A DNA stretch of 64,000 nt from Deltaproteobacteria bacterium. GTDB lineage: Bacteria > Desulfobacterota > RBG-13-43-22. A model generated the notes under the pieces. The model saw only the letters and a list, made by a program, of their open reading frames with translations. It was not told the origin of the DNA and searched no databases. This document shows positions 19,241-29,459 of this stretch, piece after piece. Every line of letters starts with the position of its first letter. Position 1 is the stretch's first letter. The position numbers were made by a program, and so were the translations under genes. The stretch is from NCBI GenBank assembly GCA_016219225.1, contig JACRBX010000047.1, forward strand, positions 3,846 to 67,845, written 5' to 3'.

Positions 19241-20856
19241 TGCACCTTTTTATCATATTTATCCCAGAAGGGATCACGCAAACCCTTTTTATAGAGTTTT
19301 CCTGATCCGGTCCGGGGTAAATGATCGAGAAAGGTTATCGACTTCGGGGCCTTATAATGGGCCAGGTTTGTTTTACAAAACCGGATAATTTCCTCCTCGG
19401 AGGCTTGTTGTCCTTCTTTCAATACCACGGCGGCGTGCACGGCTTCCCCCCATTTTGCATCCGGGACACCGAAGACCGCGGCCTCAAGGGTCTTGGGAAA
19501 CTGGTATAAGATATTTTCCACTTCAGTGGAATAGACATTTTCTCCTCCGGTCAAGATCATATCCTTTTTCCGGTCGACGATATTCACATACCCCTCTCCA
19601 TCGATGACCGCCAGGTCCCCGGTATGAAGCCAGCCGTTTTGGATGGCCTTTTCGGTTTCTTCCGGCAGCTTCCAATAACCCTTGGTGATCGTGTCCCCCC
19701 GGACAATAATTTCACCCACCTCCTGATCATCCGGCCGGACCTCTTCCCCGTTCTCCCGGACTACCTTCAGAGAAACGCCGATAAAGGCCCTGCCGGTCTT
19801 GGCCTTGTAGACGAATTGTTCTTCAGGGGGCAATTGTTTCAGATGTCCCTTCAATAGGGAAAGGGTCAGATAGGGGCTGGTTTCCGTCATGCCGTAGGTC
19901 TGAATGTAATCGCAGCCGAACCCCTGCATAATTTTCCGAACCACCTCCGGGGCGATGGGTGCCCCGCCGCTTAACAACACCCGAAGATCCGGGAAGATAT
20001 AGCCCGAAAAATCCGGATGATGGATCAGCAGATTCAACATGGTGGGGATCATGTTGGAAATCGTCACCTTTTCCCGGACCATGGACTCCAGAACCGCTTT
20101 GGGTTCAAATTCCCTAACCAGAACATGGGTGCCGCCCACCCAGGTAATGGCCCAGGTGGCCCAGGCATCGGCCAGATGGAAAAGGGGAGCCACATGGATC
20201 CAGACGTCGGAATCCGTCAACTGCAGTTCGGCAATAGTCCCCAGGGCATGGAGGTAGCCATTTTTGTGGCTCAGCATGACCCCCTTGGGTCTCCCGGTCG
20301 TTCCGCTGGTGTAATAAATCTGGGCCGTAGCCTCATCACCGGGTCCCCAATCCTGGAGCGGGTCTGAAGAGGATGTCCTTAACGCCTCTTCGTAATCTAA
20401 CCCTCGAGACCGGGTCTGGTCATTTGGATCCACCCAGAGGGTGGTTTTAAGCGAAGGGGTTAAAGACCCAAGGCCTTCGATCTTAGGGAAAAAATCAGAA
20501 TGGGCGATTAATAATCGGGATTCCGAATCCTTGAGAATAAATTCTATTTCCCGGGTGGATAAACGATAATTGAGGGGGACGAGAATGGCTCCGATCAGGG
20601 CGGTGGCAAAATAGGCCTCCAGAAAAACATGACAGTTGTAATGCAAAATGGCCACCGCCCGGCCCGGTCCCAATCCCTGGGCTTTCAGAAAATGGGCCAG
20701 CCGACCGATCCGTTCAAAAAACTGTTCATAGCTCCAAGTTGCCTGATGGCAGCGAATAGCCTCTTTTTGAGGATAGGCCCGGGCCGCTTTAAATAAAAGT
20801 TCGGCTAAGTGAATGGAAACCCCTCCTTTCTCAATTCCGCTTATGGTACTTTCCAA
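19237..20856 (-). CDS. AMP-dependent acyl-CoA synthetase/ligase
   Basis: YTSGTTGRPKGV AMP-binding motif; C-terminal GKLYKKGLRD. Confidence 0.85.
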   Translation of the reverse strand: MESTISGIEKGGVSIHLAELLFKAARAYPQKEAIRCHQATWSYEQFFERIGRLAHFLKAQGLGPGRAVAILHYNCHVFLEAYFATALIGAILVPLNYRLSTREIEFILKDSESRLLIAHSDFFPKIEGLGSLTPSLKTTLWVDPNDQTRSRGLDYEEALRTSSSDPLQDWGPGDEATAQIYYTSGTTGRPKGVMLSHKNGYLHALGTIAELQLTDSDVWIHVAPLFHLADAWATWAITWVGGTHVLVREFEPKAVLESMVREKVTISNMIPTMLNLLIHHPDFSGYIFPDLRVLLSGGAPIAPEVVRKIMQGFGCDYIQTYGMTETSPYLTLSLLKGHLKQLPPEEQFVYKAKTGRAFIGVSLKVVRENGEEVRPDDQEVGEIIVRGDTITKGYWKLPEETEKAIQNGWLHTGDLAVIDGEGYVNIVDRKKDMILTGGENVYSTEVENILYQFPKTLEAAVFGVPDAKWGEAVHAAVVLKEGQQASEEEIIRFCKTNLAHYKAPKSITFLDHLPRTGSGKLYKKGLRDPFWDKYDKKVH

Positions 20857-20901
20857 GCTTTAATAGAGAGTCGGAAAAAATTCAACCAAAATTTTTGTTT
20901 T

Positions 20902-21669
20902 TCAAATAAACTTTTTAGATAGAGGGGCCGGTTTAATCCCTGATTTTTTTAATTCCTTGTTGAGGATCCTGGCCACCTTCCAGGCCCCGGGTGTGTCGCC
21001 ATGAATGCAGAGGGTATCCGCTTTCAGTGTAATTTCCTTTCCTTCCAGACTGGTTATGGTCCCGAAGGAAATGAGTTTAACGATCCTTTCTTTGACCCGG
21101 TCTGGGTCATGGATCACCGCCCCGGCCATGATCCTGGGTGCCAGTCGGCCGTCTTTTAAATAGGCCCGGTCCGGAAATACCTCCTGGGCTACCTTTAGCC
21201 CGGAGGCGGCGGCTAATTGGGCACCCTTCGACCCGGCTAAGAGCACCAGAATTATTTCCGGATCAAAGGCCTTAACGGCTTCGATCACTTCTCGGGCCGT
21301 TTTTTCATCCTGGGCGGCCAGATTATATAAGGCCCCGTGGGGTTTTACATGCTGGAGGGAAAGGCCGCAGGCCTTGGCCAGGGCTTTCAAGGCCCCTATC
21401 TGATAAAGGAGATAATTTTTGATTTCTCCGGGGAAGGTCTGCAAGTTTCGTCGGCCGAATCCCAATAAATCCGGGTATCCGGGATGGGCTCCCACGGCCA
21501 CACCGTGCTTTTTGGCCATTTCCAAGGTTTGGGCCATGACCATGGGGTCTCCGGCGTGATAACCGCAGGAGATGTTGGCCGATGTAATATAGGGGATAAT
21601 CTTTTCGTCTTCGCCGATTTTATAAGAACCGAAACTTTCCCCCATATCGCAGTTGATATCGATCTGCAT
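20902..21669 (-). CDS. pxpA: 5-oxoprolinase subunit A (LamB/YcsF family)
   Basis: MQIDINCDMGESFG N-terminus characteristic of the LamB/YcsF family. Confidence 0.8.
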   Translation of the reverse strand: MQIDINCDMGESFGSYKIGEDEKIIPYITSANISCGYHAGDPMVMAQTLEMAKKHGVAVGAHPGYPDLLGFGRRNLQTFPGEIKNYLLYQIGALKALAKACGLSLQHVKPHGALYNLAAQDEKTAREVIEAVKAFDPEIILVLLAGSKGAQLAAASGLKVAQEVFPDRAYLKDGRLAPRIMAGAVIHDPDRVKERIVKLISFGTITSLEGKEITLKADTLCIHGDTPGAWKVARILNKELKKSGIKPAPLSKKFI

Positions 21670-21725
21670 ATATTCCTACCTTTCCCTAACGGAATCGAGT
21701 CTGACCTTTTCCCGGATCCCTTTAT

Positions 21726-22511
21726 TCACGTTACGGCCAGGGTTTCATTCTTGATATCGGTGATGAACATGTGTCCTGGGGCATGGGTGATACAAACCTC
21801 CGACTTGGCCGATAAGGCCGCCAGGGCGGAAGTGACCCCGCAGGCCCAGAAGACCGGCGTCTCCCCTTTTTGGATGGTCACCGGGTCCCCGAAATCCGGT
21901 TTTCCAAGATCTTTTATCCCCAACTTTTTTTCATTCCCTATATGAACAGGCGCACCGTGCACCAAGGCATAACGGGCGGTGACCTGTACGGCCCGGGGGA
22001 CCAGCTCCTCCTGGATGGGCCTCATGGAGACCACCAAGGGAGCGGAAAAAGGCCCGGCCGGATCGCATTTCCGGTTGGTGATATACATGGAGACGTTTTT
22101 GTTTTCGTCGATGTTTCGGATGGGAATGCCCGCCCCAATCAGGGCCTCTTCAAAAGAAAAGCTGCAACCCATTAAGAAGGAAACCAGGCCGGGATTAAAA
22201 AAAGAAGAAATTTCCCGAACCTCCTCTTTCAGCTTCCCCCTTTCCCAAATCCGGTACAAGGGAAGATCGGTCATTAGGTCCGCTCCCGGAGCGGTCCTTC
22301 GGGGTTCAATCTGACCCGGTTCGATGACCTCCAGGACAGGACAGGGCTTGGAGTTTCTTTGGCAGAAAAGGAGGAAGTCAAAGGCATAGTTCCGATCCAG
22401 GATGACCAAATTGGCCTGGGCATAGCCCGGAGCCAAACCGCTGGTAGGTTTGGCCCAAAGGCCCTTCCGGATTTTTTGTCTGATCTGACATGGGAAATCG
22501 ATCTTTTTCAT
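21726..22511 (-). CDS. DUF1445 (YcsI-like) putative hydro-lyase
   Basis: Size and location between pxpA and pxpC, as in the Bacillus ycsF-ycsI-kipIA arrangement; weak motif-level recognition. Confidence 0.5.
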   Translation of the reverse strand: MKKIDFPCQIRQKIRKGLWAKPTSGLAPGYAQANLVILDRNYAFDFLLFCQRNSKPCPVLEVIEPGQIEPRRTAPGADLMTDLPLYRIWERGKLKEEVREISSFFNPGLVSFLMGCSFSFEEALIGAGIPIRNIDENKNVSMYITNRKCDPAGPFSAPLVVSMRPIQEELVPRAVQVTARYALVHGAPVHIGNEKKLGIKDLGKPDFGDPVTIQKGETPVFWACGVTSALAALSAKSEVCITHAPGHMFITDIKNETLAVT

Positions 22512-22563
22512 GACAACTCCTTTTATTAGATTCTAACGCTCTATATCTGAGGATTTATCCTCT

Positions 22564-23505
22564 TTAAAACCATAGAGCAATCTGCTTTTCTTTTTTGATG
22601 TAAAGCTCCTGGGCTTCCTCTATTCCGATGGCCTTAAATTGAACCCGATAACCAGGGAAGGCTTGGGCGATGAGGGGCAGATCAACGGTAGCCACGGTGG
22701 CAATCTTGACATACCCCCCGATGGTCTGACGGTCGGCCATGAGGATGATCGGTTGGCCGCTTCCGGGAATCTGGATGGAACCGAAGGCCATGGCGTCGGA
22801 GAGGATGTCCGGCCCGGTTTTGTGCCTTATGGGGGGGCCGGCCAAAAGACAGCCCATCCGGTCGCTCCGTTGGGTGACGCTATAATCAGCCGTTAAGAAG
22901 GTGGCCAGCCCTTCTGCGGTAATCGCATCGTCCTGGGGGCCCAGGACCACCCGCAGGATGGGTTCACGACTATAGATGGGAATAAATTCCGCCGGCAAGG
23001 ATGAAAAAATTCCCGGACGGATCGGTGGGCCTGATTCCAGGACATCTCCTTTGCGTAAAGCCCGTCCAGCCAATCCTCCGAACCCGCCGCGCAGATAAGT
23101 GGACCGGCTTCCCATGACCAAGGGAACCTCAAACCCTCCGGCCACGGCTAAGTACCAACGGGCGCCTTTTCGCCCAAAGACCAAAGAAAGGACATCCCCC
23201 TTGGCCGCCTGATGAGCGGTCCAGGTAGGTATGATTTTGTTGTTCAGGCGGGCTTCCTGCTCGGCACCGGTTACGGCAAACCAGGTGTCCCTTAAAAACA
23301 CGGCGGTGAATCCGCCCAAGGTGATCTCCAGAGAGGCGTCCTTTCCCGAATTGCCGGCCAAAAGGTTGCCGAGACGATAGGCGGTCTGATCCATGGCCCC
23401 GGATACGGGCACGCCCCGGTCCTGGAAACCATAACGGCCCTGATCCTGGACCGTAGTCAGCGGTCCGGGACGTATGATCCTAATGGTGTTCAAATTCTTC
23501 TTCAC
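22564..23505 (-). CDS. pxpC: 5-oxoprolinase subunit C (KipA / allophanate hydrolase subunit 2-like carboxyltransferase)
   Basis: IRPGPLTTVQDQGRYG N-terminal motif. Confidence 0.8.
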   Translation of the reverse strand: MKKNLNTIRIIRPGPLTTVQDQGRYGFQDRGVPVSGAMDQTAYRLGNLLAGNSGKDASLEITLGGFTAVFLRDTWFAVTGAEQEARLNNKIIPTWTAHQAAKGDVLSLVFGRKGARWYLAVAGGFEVPLVMGSRSTYLRGGFGGLAGRALRKGDVLESGPPIRPGIFSSLPAEFIPIYSREPILRVVLGPQDDAITAEGLATFLTADYSVTQRSDRMGCLLAGPPIRHKTGPDILSDAMAFGSIQIPGSGQPIILMADRQTIGGYVKIATVATVDLPLIAQAFPGYRVQFKAIGIEEAQELYIKKEKQIALWF

Positions 23506-24154
23506 TTATGGGGTTAAATTTCACCCGGTCCCCGGGCTTCAGATAAAAGACCTCTTCCCGGTCCAGGTCAAAAAGCTTGATCGGGGTCCGTCCGATCAAC
23601 TGCCAGCCCCCGGGACTGTCGATGGGATAGATCCCGGTCTGTTGGTCGGCAATACCAACCGTGCCGGCCGGGACTAATTCCCTGGGAACTTTTTTCCGAG
23701 GCGCAAACAACCGGGGGTCCAATCCCCCCAGGTAAGGAAAGCCCGGGGTAAACCCGATCATGTAAACCTGATAAACGGCCTTCGAATGGATTTCAATAAT
23801 CTCCTCTTCGGTTAAATGAAGGTAGTCAGCCACCACCTTAAGATCCGGCCCATAGGCGTTCCCATAACAAACCGGGATCTCGACCAGACGGCCCACGGTT
23901 TCGGCAGCGCCTCCCGATAATTCGCTAAAGGAGAAGACGATTTTTTGAAGGTCTTTAAAGGATAACACGGTTGGATCGTATTGGACCAGGAGGGAGCGAT
24001 AGGTGGGGATTAAATCGATGAGTCCTAATGGCGGCTCAGCCTTCAGCTTATTAAATAAAGCATAGACCTCACGGTTTATCAACGGATCGATGACGGATCC
24101 GAATTCGACGGCTACGGCTGAATCGCCGCAGGGAAGGATTTTGGGATGACCCAT
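23480..24154 (-). CDS. pxpB: 5-oxoprolinase subunit B (KipI / allophanate hydrolase subunit 1-like)
   Basis: ILPCGDSAVAVEFG motif; overlaps the pxpC start. Confidence 0.8.
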   Translation of the reverse strand: MGHPKILPCGDSAVAVEFGSVIDPLINREVYALFNKLKAEPPLGLIDLIPTYRSLLVQYDPTVLSFKDLQKIVFSFSELSGGAAETVGRLVEIPVCYGNAYGPDLKVVADYLHLTEEEIIEIHSKAVYQVYMIGFTPGFPYLGGLDPRLFAPRKKVPRELVPAGTVGIADQQTGIYPIDSPGGWQLIGRTPIKLFDLDREEVFYLKPGDRVKFNPISEEEFEHH

Positions 24155-24171
24155 GGAGAAAGCCTTTTAAT

Positions 24172-24882
24172 TTAGAGGCCCAGAAAGGCCTTTTGGACGG
24201 CATCGCTTTTCAGAAGTTCTTCTCCCGGGCCTTCCAGGATCGTTCGACCCGTTTGCAGGATATAGCCGTGATCACAAATTTCCAGGGCCTCGCGCACATT
24301 TTGTTCCACCAGTAGGATGGTCATGCCCTGACTTTTTAGTTGATCGATGACCCGAAAGACTTCATCCACCAGGATGGGGGCCAAGCCCAGGGAGGGTTCA
24401 TCCAGGAGCAATAGCTTGGGATCGGACATGAGACCCCGGCCGATGGCTAGCATCTGTTGTTCTCCCCCGGAAAGGGTGGCTGCGGCCTGAAGGCGTCTCT
24501 CTCCCAAGCGGGGGAAAAGGGTATAGACCCGACTTAAAAGCTCATCGATGCGCACCTTGTCCTTGAGGACATAGGCTCCCAGAAAAAGATTTTCCTCCAC
24601 CGAAAGGGGCCGGAATAATTTTCGATCCTCCGGTATGCAGACGATGCCTTTGCGGACGATTTCAGCGGTCTTTAACCCTATCAGGCCGATCCCGTTAAAC
24701 GTCATCTGACCTTGGGTCGGACGCAGAACCCCCATGACGGCCTTGAAAAGGGTGGTCTTCCCGGCCCCGTTCCCGCCGACCACAGAGACCAGCTCCCCCT
24801 GATCCACGCGGAGGGAGATGTCCTGGATGACCGGGAGCCCGGTGTAACGGACTTCGATGCGCTTTATGTCCAACATGCCCAA
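24172..24882 (-). CDS. branched-chain amino acid-type ABC transporter ATP-binding protein (LivF-like)
   Basis: Walker A GGNGAGKTT, signature LSGGEQQM, Walker B LLLLDEPS. Confidence 0.85.
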   Translation of the reverse strand: MGMLDIKRIEVRYTGLPVIQDISLRVDQGELVSVVGGNGAGKTTLFKAVMGVLRPTQGQMTFNGIGLIGLKTAEIVRKGIVCIPEDRKLFRPLSVEENLFLGAYVLKDKVRIDELLSRVYTLFPRLGERRLQAAATLSGGEQQMLAIGRGLMSDPKLLLLDEPSLGLAPILVDEVFRVIDQLKSQGMTILLVEQNVREALEICDHGYILQTGRTILEGPGEELLKSDAVQKAFLGL

Positions 24883-24883
24883 G

Positions 24884-25633
24884 TTATGCCTTATCCTTTT
24901 CCTGCCGATGTTTTAAAAAACTCTCTCCCAGATAGGCCCTGATCACTTCCTCATCCTGGATTACCTTCCGGGGTTCACCTTCTGCGATCTTTTTACCGCT
25001 TTCCAAGACCACCACTTTTTTGCTTAAGCGCATCACCAGTTCCATGACGTGCTCGGTCAAAAGGAGGGTGATCTTCATTTCCTGATTAATTCGTAAAAGA
25101 AGGGCGATCAGCTCCTCGATCTCCGAAGGGTTCAGACCGGCGGCCACCTCATCCAAAAGGATCATTTTCGGCCCTGTGGCCAAGGCCGTGGCCAGGGTGA
25201 CCCTTTTTTGGGCGGCCACCGGGATTTCGGTCATCCGGTTTTTCTCCTGAGCCCTCAGGCCCATAAAGTCCATCACTTCATGGGACCGCTCCTGGGCCTT
25301 TTTTCTGGAAGGGGTTTTTAAAAAAGCCCCGATCATGATATTTTCCAGGACATTGAGGTCACCGGAAGCGGCATAGACCTGAAAGGTCCGGGCCAAACCC
25401 ATTCGGGAGATCTCAAAATCTTTCAGGAAGGTGATGTCCCGGCCATGGAAAAAAACCCGTCCGGAGGTTACCGGGTAATACCCGGCGATACAGTTAAAAA
25501 GGGTGGTCTTACCGGCCCCATTGGGACCGATGAGTCCCACAATTTCCCCTTCTTCCACATCGAAAGAGATTTGCTGGTTGGCCACCAGCCCCCCAAAATA
25601 TTTGGAAACTTCCTGGACCTTGAGGAGGCTCAT
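24884..25633 (-). CDS. branched-chain amino acid-type ABC transporter ATP-binding protein (LivG-like)
   Basis: Walker A GPNGAGKTT; C-terminal extension typical of LivG. Confidence 0.85.
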   Translation of the reverse strand: MSLLKVQEVSKYFGGLVANQQISFDVEEGEIVGLIGPNGAGKTTLFNCIAGYYPVTSGRVFFHGRDITFLKDFEISRMGLARTFQVYAASGDLNVLENIMIGAFLKTPSRKKAQERSHEVMDFMGLRAQEKNRMTEIPVAAQKRVTLATALATGPKMILLDEVAAGLNPSEIEELIALLLRINQEMKITLLLTEHVMELVMRLSKKVVVLESGKKIAEGEPRKVIQDEEVIRAYLGESFLKHRQEKDKA

Positions 25634-26643
25634 GGGTATTTTCTCCTCTTAAGCCGGACCTTTTCCACGATCCCCCAGATTCCCCGGGGCTCAAAGGCGG
25701 CCACGGCCATGATGATGGCGCTGTAAATGATCAGGTCTATCCCGACCAGGCCGGCCGAGGCCCCCAACCATTCTTTGAGATAGCTCTTCAAAGGGATAAG
25801 GATGGCCGCACCGATGATCGGGCCCCAGAGGGAACCGGCCCCGCCGAGCATGGCCATTAAGGCGATCAAAACCGAGATGTCCAAACTCATGGTATCTTCC
25901 GGTTCGATGTTTTTGATGTAACAGGCATGAAAAGAGCCGACCGCGCTGACAAAGGCCGTGGCCACGGCATAGGTCTTGATTTTGGCCCAGTGGACGTCGA
26001 TGCCCAAGGAGCGGGCCACTTCTTCATTGTCTTTGATGGAGCGGAGCTGGAACCCCAGCCTGGACTTGCGAAACCAGTTCATATAAAAAAGGCCGATAAA
26101 AAAGAACCCCAGGATCAGGTAATAGTAATAGACGTCCTCCTTGAAGATGAGACGGAAAAAATCGGGTGGTGCATATTTGATGGGCGATATTTCCAGGCCC
26201 CGGGCGGCCCCGACAAAATTCCAGACCTCAAAAATATCCTTGAGCACCAGGGAAGTGGCGATGGTGGCGATGGCAAAATAATGCCCCTTTAGACGGAACA
26301 GCGGGTAGCCGAGGATAAAGGACCAGCCCACGGCCAGGGCCATACCCAGCGGCATGGAAAACCAAAAGGGGATATCCCAGCGGATCAAAAGCACGGCCGT
26401 GGTATAGGCCCCGATGCCGACGTACTGGGCCTTGCCCAGATCGACCTGACCCCCATAGCCGCCGATGGTGTTCCAGCCCATGCCGTAGACACTGAACATC
26501 AAAAACTGGATCAGGGTGGCCAGGGCAAAATTGGAGTGGGAAAACAGAGGGAAGCTGATCAGGAAAAGGCCTACCAGAGCGGCTATGGTCCGATCAAACC
26601 GGGTGAAATCCGAAAAATCCAGGGCGTTTTTTATTGCTTCCAT
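25630..26643 (-). CDS. ABC transporter permease (LivM-like)
   Basis: Polytopic; LivM-family length; overlapping stop/start with neighbours. Confidence 0.75.
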   Translation of the reverse strand: MEAIKNALDFSDFTRFDRTIAALVGLFLISFPLFSHSNFALATLIQFLMFSVYGMGWNTIGGYGGQVDLGKAQYVGIGAYTTAVLLIRWDIPFWFSMPLGMALAVGWSFILGYPLFRLKGHYFAIATIATSLVLKDIFEVWNFVGAARGLEISPIKYAPPDFFRLIFKEDVYYYYLILGFFFIGLFYMNWFRKSRLGFQLRSIKDNEEVARSLGIDVHWAKIKTYAVATAFVSAVGSFHACYIKNIEPEDTMSLDISVLIALMAMLGGAGSLWGPIIGAAILIPLKSYLKEWLGASAGLVGIDLIIYSAIIMAVAAFEPRGIWGIVEKVRLKRRKYP

Positions 26644-27545
26644 CCGAACAGACCTCGGGGCCGCAAGACCATGATTAGGAAGTAGACCAAATAAACCAGG
26701 GTATATTTAAAAGAGGTCATGGGGACCTGCTCCATCCACTTAATATGAAACGTATAGGTAAAAAAATCCCAGATCCCCGGGAATTCGGTAATGATGCCCA
26801 CCACCAGACCGGCCAAAAAGGCCCCGGGAACGCTCCCGAAGCCCCCTAATGCCACGATGGTAAAGGCGATCATGGTAAATAAAAGGCCCGCAAAGGGATT
26901 GACCGACCAGAAGTTGACCAGCAAGGCCCCGGCGATGGTGGCCGTGGCTCCGCCCAAACCCCAGGCCAGGGCATTCATCCTTTCGGTCCGGATGCCCATA
27001 TAGCGGGCCCCTTCGGCGTTCAAGGCCGTAGCCGTCAGGGCCCTGCCTATTTTGGAGCGGTTCATGAGCAGCCAGATGGCTAAAAAGGCGGCTACGGATA
27101 AAAAAGCCGCAGCCAACTTGGTGGCCGGAAGGACCACGCCCATGCCGATTTCAAAACTCTTGCCCACCAGGATCCCTTTATTGACGGCCCGGTCTTCGGA
27201 GCCCATGAGCAGCAAGGCCAGGTTTCTCAAAAAAAGCATGAGCCCGAAGGTGCCCAGGAGCTGAGCCACCATGGGCCCCCGCAACAGATATTTGGCCAGG
27301 CCGTAATAACAGAGGAGCCCTAAAAGAAAGCCGAACAAAGCGGCGGCCGGGATGCTGAATAAAGGGTCCAGACCCGTGACCTGGGCAATCAATAGACCGG
27401 CATACATGCCGATCATCAGATATTCGCCGTGGGCGAAATTGACCATATCCATCACACCGAAGATAATGGTCAGTCCCAAGGCCACGATGGCTAATACCAT
27501 CCCCAATAACAAACCGGATACGATGGCGCTCAGTAAGATTTCCAT
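26631..27545 (-). CDS. ABC transporter permease (LivH-like)
   Basis: Polytopic, ~300 aa, first permease of a Liv-type operon. Confidence 0.75.
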   Translation of the reverse strand: MEILLSAIVSGLLLGMVLAIVALGLTIIFGVMDMVNFAHGEYLMIGMYAGLLIAQVTGLDPLFSIPAAALFGFLLGLLCYYGLAKYLLRGPMVAQLLGTFGLMLFLRNLALLLMGSEDRAVNKGILVGKSFEIGMGVVLPATKLAAAFLSVAAFLAIWLLMNRSKIGRALTATALNAEGARYMGIRTERMNALAWGLGGATATIAGALLVNFWSVNPFAGLLFTMIAFTIVALGGFGSVPGAFLAGLVVGIITEFPGIWDFFTYTFHIKWMEQVPMTSFKYTLVYLVYFLIMVLRPRGLFGWKQ

Positions 27546-27705
27546 TAACCGTGTTCTCTTAAGAAAAGGCCCAAGGCGCAGGGTTCAAGGTTCAAGGAAA
27601 ACCGAGGGCCGGGGCGGGTTTAAAACCCACCCCTACAAAGGTTGAGGACTATTCATAGGTTTTCGAACCGAACTCCGAACTCTTAACTCCGAACTTTCTA
27701 TCGGG

Positions 27706-29010
27706 TTAAAAACCCTTAAAAGGAAAAATCAGGTTCGCGCTGGCCACGTCAAAAGGATAGGCGATTTCCAGGGTGATATTTCCATCCTTGTCTTTCTGAT
27801 ACTGGCCGATCATACCGGACCCCAAGGCATTCTGACCCAGATCCGGCCCACTGGTATTGAATTTGATCCCGGCCCAGGGGACAATGAGTTGATTGCCGGG
27901 GATATGGATCGTGTTGGCCCCCTTCTGAATATCGGCCGGTTTGGTCGATCCGGCCTTTTCCAGAACCTCCACCCAGGTCTGAACACCGGTAAAGGCCCTG
28001 GCCGAGGCCCCGCTTAAATCATGGCCGGTTTTTTTCTTATAAAATTCATTAACCTGTCCGGCCACCTTTTTGACCGTGGCCACTTTGGGTAAAAAAACCG
28101 TCCGGGTCAGGACCCCGACAATGTCATCGCCAAGGGTGTTTTTGAATTCCGGAGCCTCAAATCCGGCATCCTGTCCCCAAACGATCTTGGGTTGAGCCTT
28201 TTGGGCCTTGAGGGTCTTCATCATTAAGATGGCGTCCGAGGCATAAGAGGCAAAGAGCATGGCGTCGGGTTTAACGGCCTTCAGCGAGCCCACTTCACTG
28301 GAAAGATCCACGGATTTGCCGGCATAGAGTATGGACTTTTTAACGGTAAAGCCGTATTCTTTGGAAAAAGTTTCGATCAATTTAGAAACACTTGACCCCC
28401 ACTCGGTTTTTTCACAAGCCGAGGCCAAATTGGCGATCTCCGCCTTGGGAACGGCCTTTACTCCCTTGGCTTTGCCTTCGGTCAGGCCTTTTAAAAATTC
28501 GAAGAGGTCTTTGGTAAAGGTCACATCATGGGGGGTGGTCCGCCAGAACCATTTGAACCCCCGATCGGTCAAATCCGGGGAGGTGGAGGAATCGTTGATC
28601 ATGGGGGTACCGTATTGTTCACAGACGGCGCTGACCGTTTTGGTTACAGCACTGTGATAGCAACCCATGATACCCACGACCTTATCATCCAAAATCAACT
28701 TCTTGGCCAAGTCGGCCCCCAAGGTCGGGTTGCCTTCATGATCTTTGAAGATCAATTCGATCTTGGCCCCATCCAGTCTTTTGATTCCTGAATTTTTGGC
28801 CATGGTCATGGCCATGTTGGGATAAACATTATTGGCTATTTCTTGGGCCAGCTCGGCCCCGGCCCGGAGCTCCCGCCCTTCGGCTGCGGCCCCGCCGGTC
28901 AGGGGATAGATAACCCCTATCTTGACCGTATTGGCGGCCAAGGCCGTTCCCATTCCCATAACCAAAGCAACTAAGACCAACATCCCCGAAATTCCCCATT
29001 GCTTTTTCAT
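27706..29010 (-). CDS. ABC transporter periplasmic substrate-binding protein (type I PBP, Liv-like)
   Basis: Signal peptide MKKQWGISGMLVLVALVMGMGTALA followed by the PBP1 fold pattern. Confidence 0.75.
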   Translation of the reverse strand: MKKQWGISGMLVLVALVMGMGTALAANTVKIGVIYPLTGGAAAEGRELRAGAELAQEIANNVYPNMAMTMAKNSGIKRLDGAKIELIFKDHEGNPTLGADLAKKLILDDKVVGIMGCYHSAVTKTVSAVCEQYGTPMINDSSTSPDLTDRGFKWFWRTTPHDVTFTKDLFEFLKGLTEGKAKGVKAVPKAEIANLASACEKTEWGSSVSKLIETFSKEYGFTVKKSILYAGKSVDLSSEVGSLKAVKPDAMLFASYASDAILMMKTLKAQKAQPKIVWGQDAGFEAPEFKNTLGDDIVGVLTRTVFLPKVATVKKVAGQVNEFYKKKTGHDLSGASARAFTGVQTWVEVLEKAGSTKPADIQKGANTIHIPGNQLIVPWAGIKFNTSGPDLGQNALGSGMIGQYQKDKDGNITLEIAYPFDVASANLIFPFKGF

Positions 29011-29459
29011 AAGTTCCTCCTCGTCTTTTTGGGTTTAGTACACTATTCAATGAATATTCTTGCCCTGCTTCACTCCCTTGTTTCTGATGAGTTTATTTTT
29101 CTGTTTTTTTTAACACTATTTTGGGGATTCTTCTATTAAATAAAATCAAACAGATCCCTGTCGGGAATGATGACATCCGCCGGTGTGTCGCCGCCTCTGG
29201 CCTCCGGGCCGTAGGATTGGGATTGGACCGTGTTCAAGCCCTTATGGAGCACTAAGTGGGGGGCTTTTCTATGCAAAAAATATCTTGTAAATATTATTAT
29301 GTCAATAAAATAAATATATTAAAAAAATATTTTGTAAATATTTTTATTAATTTATTATTTGACATTGGAAATGGGTGGCGATACACTTGACCAAACTAAT
29401 AATTTGTTATATAAAAACAACTTGTTATTAAATGAATACCCTTCAAGAGGCAACTTTCT

